IMG/VR virus record: IMGVR_UViG_3300022868_000009
Coordinates: 280,635-344,634 of that record
DNA: 64,000 nt
Reading direction: 5' to 3' (one strand)
In this document: positions 60,573 through 64,000 of the stretch, in pieces
Position numbering within the stretch: position 1 is the first letter of the stretch
Layout: the number at the start of each line of letters is the position of its first letter
Notes under the pieces: model-generated
Seen by the model: the letters and a program-made list of their open reading frames with translations, nothing else
Database searches by the model: none
What the model was told of the DNA's origin: nothing
Translations under genes and position numbers: made by a program

Positions 60573-61463
60573 ATGGAAGAAAAAACAAAAATATTATTAA
60601 ACGGCAAAGAAAATAAGAGCGAACTTATTAACTTACTTACAAAAGTTGATGTTTCTTGCTCTACTCGTGAACTAAATTCTGAGTTGATAGTTAAAATCAA
60701 ACATTTTAACAAATGTATCGAAGAAAATATCGAATTCAGAAATAAATTCAATGTTAATGAAAGATTTGAGTTCTTAGAAGATCTTACCAACATGATTATT
60801 GATGGTAAAGGTAACTCATTGATAGTTATAGGTGAAGGTGGACTTGGTAAAACATTTACTGTATTAAGCACTTTATCAAAAAGAACAAAAACTGGATTTC
60901 TAAACCTTTTCAAGAAAAAAGAAGATGTTCACATAGTTAAAGGTTTCTCAACAGCTAGAGGTCTATATGATACATTATATGATAATAGAGATAAATTAAT
61001 TTTATTTGACGACTGTGATTCAATCTTAGAAGATAAAACAGCTATTAATATTTTAAAATCAGCTTTAGATTCTTATGATACTAGAATCGTTACATGGTCT
61101 AAATTTTTGAAAAATAAAAACAATTATCCACAATCATTCGAATTTACAGGTAGAATAATCTTTATCTCAAATAAAAAGAAAACTCAAATACCACAACCAA
61201 TCTTAACAAGAGGTTATGTAGTTGATTTAGAAATGAGCAATGGTGAGAAAATCGACAGAATGGCTCACATCATGCCAACACTTATCGAAGATAAAGGTAA
61301 AGGTAGATGGAGTTTAAATGATGGTTTTACGGCTTTAGAATTCATTAGAATAAATATAGATGATGTTAAAGAACTAAGTATTAGAACATTAGTAGATGTT
61401 TTAAGAATAATGAAATCAAGAAAAAATTGGGAAAAATTAGCTTTATATACAATAACAGAATAA
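60573..61463 (+). CDS. AAA+/P-loop ATPase
   Basis: Walker A GEGGLGKT, Walker B ILFDDCD, IIFISN, ILTR. Confidence 0.85.
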   Translation: MEEKTKILLNGKENKSELINLLTKVDVSCSTRELNSELIVKIKHFNKCIEENIEFRNKFNVNERFEFLEDLTNMIIDGKGNSLIVIGEGGLGKTFTVLSTLSKRTKTGFLNLFKKKEDVHIVKGFSTARGLYDTLYDNRDKLILFDDCDSILEDKTAINILKSALDSYDTRIVTWSKFLKNKNNYPQSFEFTGRIIFISNKKKTQIPQPILTRGYVVDLEMSNGEKIDRMAHIMPTLIEDKGKGRWSLNDGFTALEFIRINIDDVKELSIRTLVDVLRIMKSRKNWEKLALYTITE

Positions 61464-61753
61464 TGACAACATATATAACAGATATACCATCAGAATATAT
61501 ATTATATCTTGATAAAATAATCAGTGAATATTATAATATGAAATCTATAATTAGACCTAATAAAAGAATCATAAAATATGATTATTATTTTATAAGTATC
61601 AATAAATATAATGATAATTGTCTGTGTTATTCAGGTATGTGTTATTTACATGAACTCATAGGACCAACCAGTGAAACTATTAATTATGTTGATTGGTTAG
61701 AAAAACATAATTTAACATACAAATTAGAATCAACCAAATTAGGATTATTATGA
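61463..61753 (+). CDS. Hypothetical, C-tag (ESTKLGLL)
   Basis: Tandem paralog of 61750. Confidence 0.8.
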   Translation: MTTYITDIPSEYILYLDKIISEYYNMKSIIRPNKRIIKYDYYFISINKYNDNCLCYSGMCYLHELIGPTSETINYVDWLEKHNLTYKLESTKLGLL

Positions 61754-62046
61754 CATTATATATAACAGACATACCTCAAAAAGAAATATTATATCTTGAT
61801 AAAATAATCAGTGAATATTATAATATGGAAACTATAACTCGTAGTATTAATAGAATTAATTTCACATTATATGATTATATTTATATAAGTGTTGGTAAAA
61901 ATTGTACTGAGGGATTATATTATTCAGATATGAATTATTTAAAACATATTAAAAAACAGAACCATAAAACTATCAATTATATTGATTGGTTGAAAAAGAA
62001 TAATTTATTCTATAAATTAGAATCAGCCAAATTAGGATTATTATGA
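61750..62046 (+). CDS. Hypothetical, C-tag (ESAKLGLL)
   Basis: Tandem paralog. Confidence 0.8.
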   Translation: MTLYITDIPQKEILYLDKIISEYYNMETITRSINRINFTLYDYIYISVGKNCTEGLYYSDMNYLKHIKKQNHKTINYIDWLKKNNLFYKLESAKLGLL

Positions 62047-62070
62047 TAATAAATTAATATATAAATTAGA

Positions 62071-62358
62071 ATGATATTAACAGATGAAATATTAAATGAA
62101 ATAAAAGGATTTAAAAACCAATTTGCAATTTATATGCGTAATGGTGATATATTTTATATACCAAAAGGTAGACCAGTTCAATATGCCGCTGGAAGAATGA
62201 TAGCAAATTCTGAAAAACATAATACTATTGAAATAATTAAATTTATTAATATTCTTTATTTTGTTATTGATGGTAAAAGATATGATTTTGAACTACCAAC
62301 TGTAAAATTAACTAGATATCAAAAAATAATTAATTTTTTTAAAAGACCAACTTTCTAA
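62071..62358 (+). CDS. Hypothetical protein
   Basis: AATATATA upstream. Confidence 0.7.
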   Translation: MILTDEILNEIKGFKNQFAIYMRNGDIFYIPKGRPVQYAAGRMIANSEKHNTIEIIKFINILYFVIDGKRYDFELPTVKLTRYQKIINFFKRPTF

Positions 62359-62361
62359 ATT

Positions 62362-63189
62362 ATGATAACACGAATTGCACCATCACCAACAGGATATTTT
62401 CATTTAGGAACTCTAAGAACTGCACTACTAAATTATTTAATGGCAAGAGCAAACAATGGAACATTCATCCTTAGAATTGATGATACCGACCAAGAAAGAA
62501 ATCAAAACACATTCACAAACTATATCTATAAACAAATGAATAAATTTGGCCTTGATTATGATATAACTTTTAAACAATCAGAAAGATTAGACAGATATAA
62601 AGAAGTAGCATATAAAATAGGAACAAAAACTGAAAATGGTTATGAATTAAATATGGGAGAATATTCAATGGTTATACTCAGAAATAACGGTTTTCCTACC
62701 TATAATTTCTGTTCAATTCTTGATGATTATGATTATGATGTTACAGATATAGTCAGAGGTGTTGACCATATCGCAAACGAATCTAAACAAAAAATTATAT
62801 GGGATTTGATTTGTTATGTAGAAAGTGATAAACCTTTTCCTAATATAATTCATGCTGGTTTACTTTTTGAAGGAAATAAAAAGCTTTCTAAAAGAAGTGG
62901 TAATGGTCTAACAGAAGATTATTTAGATTTTAGTACTAATGCAATATTAAATTGGTTATTAAAATTTGGTTGGTCACATCCAGACCCAAACTTCGATAAG
63001 AAGTATCCTACATTAAATATGAATCAAATGATTAATTTATTCAATGATGGTAAAATCTCCGATAGAAATTGTAAAATAGATAAGGCTAAATTAAACTTTT
63101 TAAATAAAAAATGGAGATACTTAGAAAGAAAAGCTAATGAAAACTCTAAACTTTCTAAGTTTAATGAATTTAATAATGGTCTATTGTAA
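62362..63189 (+). CDS. Minimal glutamyl-tRNA synthetase-like protein (catalytic domain only, GluRS/GluQ-like)
   Basis: TRIAPSPTG.FHLGT.RTAL.N, LRIDDTDQER, PTYNF, VRG.DH, KKLSKR; no anticodon-binding domain. Confidence 0.88.
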   Translation: MITRIAPSPTGYFHLGTLRTALLNYLMARANNGTFILRIDDTDQERNQNTFTNYIYKQMNKFGLDYDITFKQSERLDRYKEVAYKIGTKTENGYELNMGEYSMVILRNNGFPTYNFCSILDDYDYDVTDIVRGVDHIANESKQKIIWDLICYVESDKPFPNIIHAGLLFEGNKKLSKRSGNGLTEDYLDFSTNAILNWLLKFGWSHPDPNFDKKYPTLNMNQMINLFNDGKISDRNCKIDKAKLNFLNKKWRYLERKANENSKLSKFNEFNNGLL

Positions 63190-63861
63190 AGATTCACCAA
63201 GTTTTAAAGCAACTTCTACTGAAGCTCTTACATCATTTTCACAATATTCAACAATGGTTTGAATATCATTCTTTTGATGAAAATATTCATAAACATCAGC
63301 ACCACTTATCTTTTGCTTAGGTGATTCAACTCCTAAAACATAACACACTTCTTCTAATGAAGAATATTCACGAGAACCTGCTTTCCAAATATCACTTAAT
63401 TCAATTAAATTCATTTCCCAAGGTTTCTTACCTTCTACTCTTAATAAAAAAGGCAGTTTTATTCCATATTTAAAATATTTCTTATTTAATAAAGGTATGT
63501 CAAATCCTGTAATATTATAACCACCTAGACTAAAGTTGTTATTATTAGCATTAATAATGACTTTATTGAATTTATTCAAAATGTCTGTTTCATCACCGTG
63601 AAATGATTTTATAATCCATTCATCATTAATAAAATGCGACATAGATATACAAACAATTTTATTATATTCATGTAAAAGAGGACCCTTCATAGGATATAGT
63701 TCTTCTAGTGGTTTATCCCAACTTTTATCATATACTGATTTCTTTTTTTGTTTATTATTGAAAACTTTAAAACCAATTGGATCTAAAGATTCAAATTCAT
63801 GTATATCTTTGTATTCAGTACTCGTTTCAATATCAAAAAATAAGCAAGTATAATTGTTCAT
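63181..63861 (-). CDS. DEDD 3'-5' exonuclease (PolB-exonuclease-like)
   Basis: FFDIET, GYNITGFDIP, YCENDV. Confidence 0.88.
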   Translation of the reverse strand: MNNYTCLFFDIETSTEYKDIHEFESLDPIGFKVFNNKQKKKSVYDKSWDKPLEELYPMKGPLLHEYNKIVCISMSHFINDEWIIKSFHGDETDILNKFNKVIINANNNNFSLGGYNITGFDIPLLNKKYFKYGIKLPFLLRVEGKKPWEMNLIELSDIWKAGSREYSSLEEVCYVLGVESPKQKISGADVYEYFHQKNDIQTIVEYCENDVRASVEVALKLGESLQ

Positions 63862-63894
63862 ATAATTTTTTTCTTTTTATATATTTGTTAGTGT

Positions 63895-63930
63895 AAAACA
63901 CACAAGTCTTTAGCTTGTGTGATGTAAGCG
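63895..63930 (+). mobile_element. Possible IS200/IS605-family end hairpin
   Basis: cacacaag-tctttag-cttgtgtg-atgt resembles CTTTAG-loop ends of TnpB-type elements; window ends before any ORF. Confidence 0.35.
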
Positions 63931-64000
63931 ATTAAAATGGTAAAAAAACCATTATATTTTAATTATATATACTTACAGAAGAAAAAAGTTTTTTGTAAAA

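Noticed and set aside
19245-62046. Diversity-generating retroelement or classical integron as the source of the gene arrays
   Set aside because: No reverse transcriptase, adenine-specific TR/VR pair, integrase or attC consensus (RYYYAAC...GTTRRRY) was seen in this window.
1-64000. Stop-codon reassignment (code 15 or 4) as in some large Bacteroidota phages
   Set aside because: Conserved genes are intact in code 11, TAG and TGA both end tagged genes at the expected position, and I found no suppressor tRNA.

Overview
A very AT-rich 64-kb segment of a large myovirus-like (jumbo) phage, most likely infecting a Bacteroidota host. Host evidence: about 35 copies of a TAnnTTTG-type promoter, a Bacteroidota-like bS21, and a Bacteroidota-style secreted Tyr/Ser-rich protein. 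The first ~18 kb holds virion genes (gp14-like neck, gp6-like baseplate wedge), an M23 peptidase, RNase H, two glycosyltransferases, thyA and rpsU. The stretch 19-62 kb is an accessory region of small genes with 9 tRNAs, three HU paralogs, a DRB0094-type RNA ligase, a SprT-like protease, a solo truncated HicB, an LRR protein and an AAA ATPase; a GluRS-like gene and a 3'-5' exonuclease close the window. Main unexplained feature: about 50 otherwise diverse small proteins end in the same C-terminal tag, roughly E-x-x-K-[ML]-G-L-[LI]-stop. About 15 proteins start with M-K-[YH]-L-K-T-Y-x-E, reminiscent of the T4 capsid-targeting sequence, and sit behind a distinct AATATATA (putative late) promoter. 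The DNA encoding the C-tag forms precise gene-to-gene junctions (TTATGA head-to-tail, palindromic TTATAA tail-to-tail) and persists as orphan remnants, suggesting a shuffled cassette arsenal. Also present: a five-copy promoter-driven ~55-nt structured ncRNA family, a ~540-nt structured ncRNA, and a candidate replication origin near 22 kb. All functional calls come from motif recognition by eye; no searches or folding programs were run.
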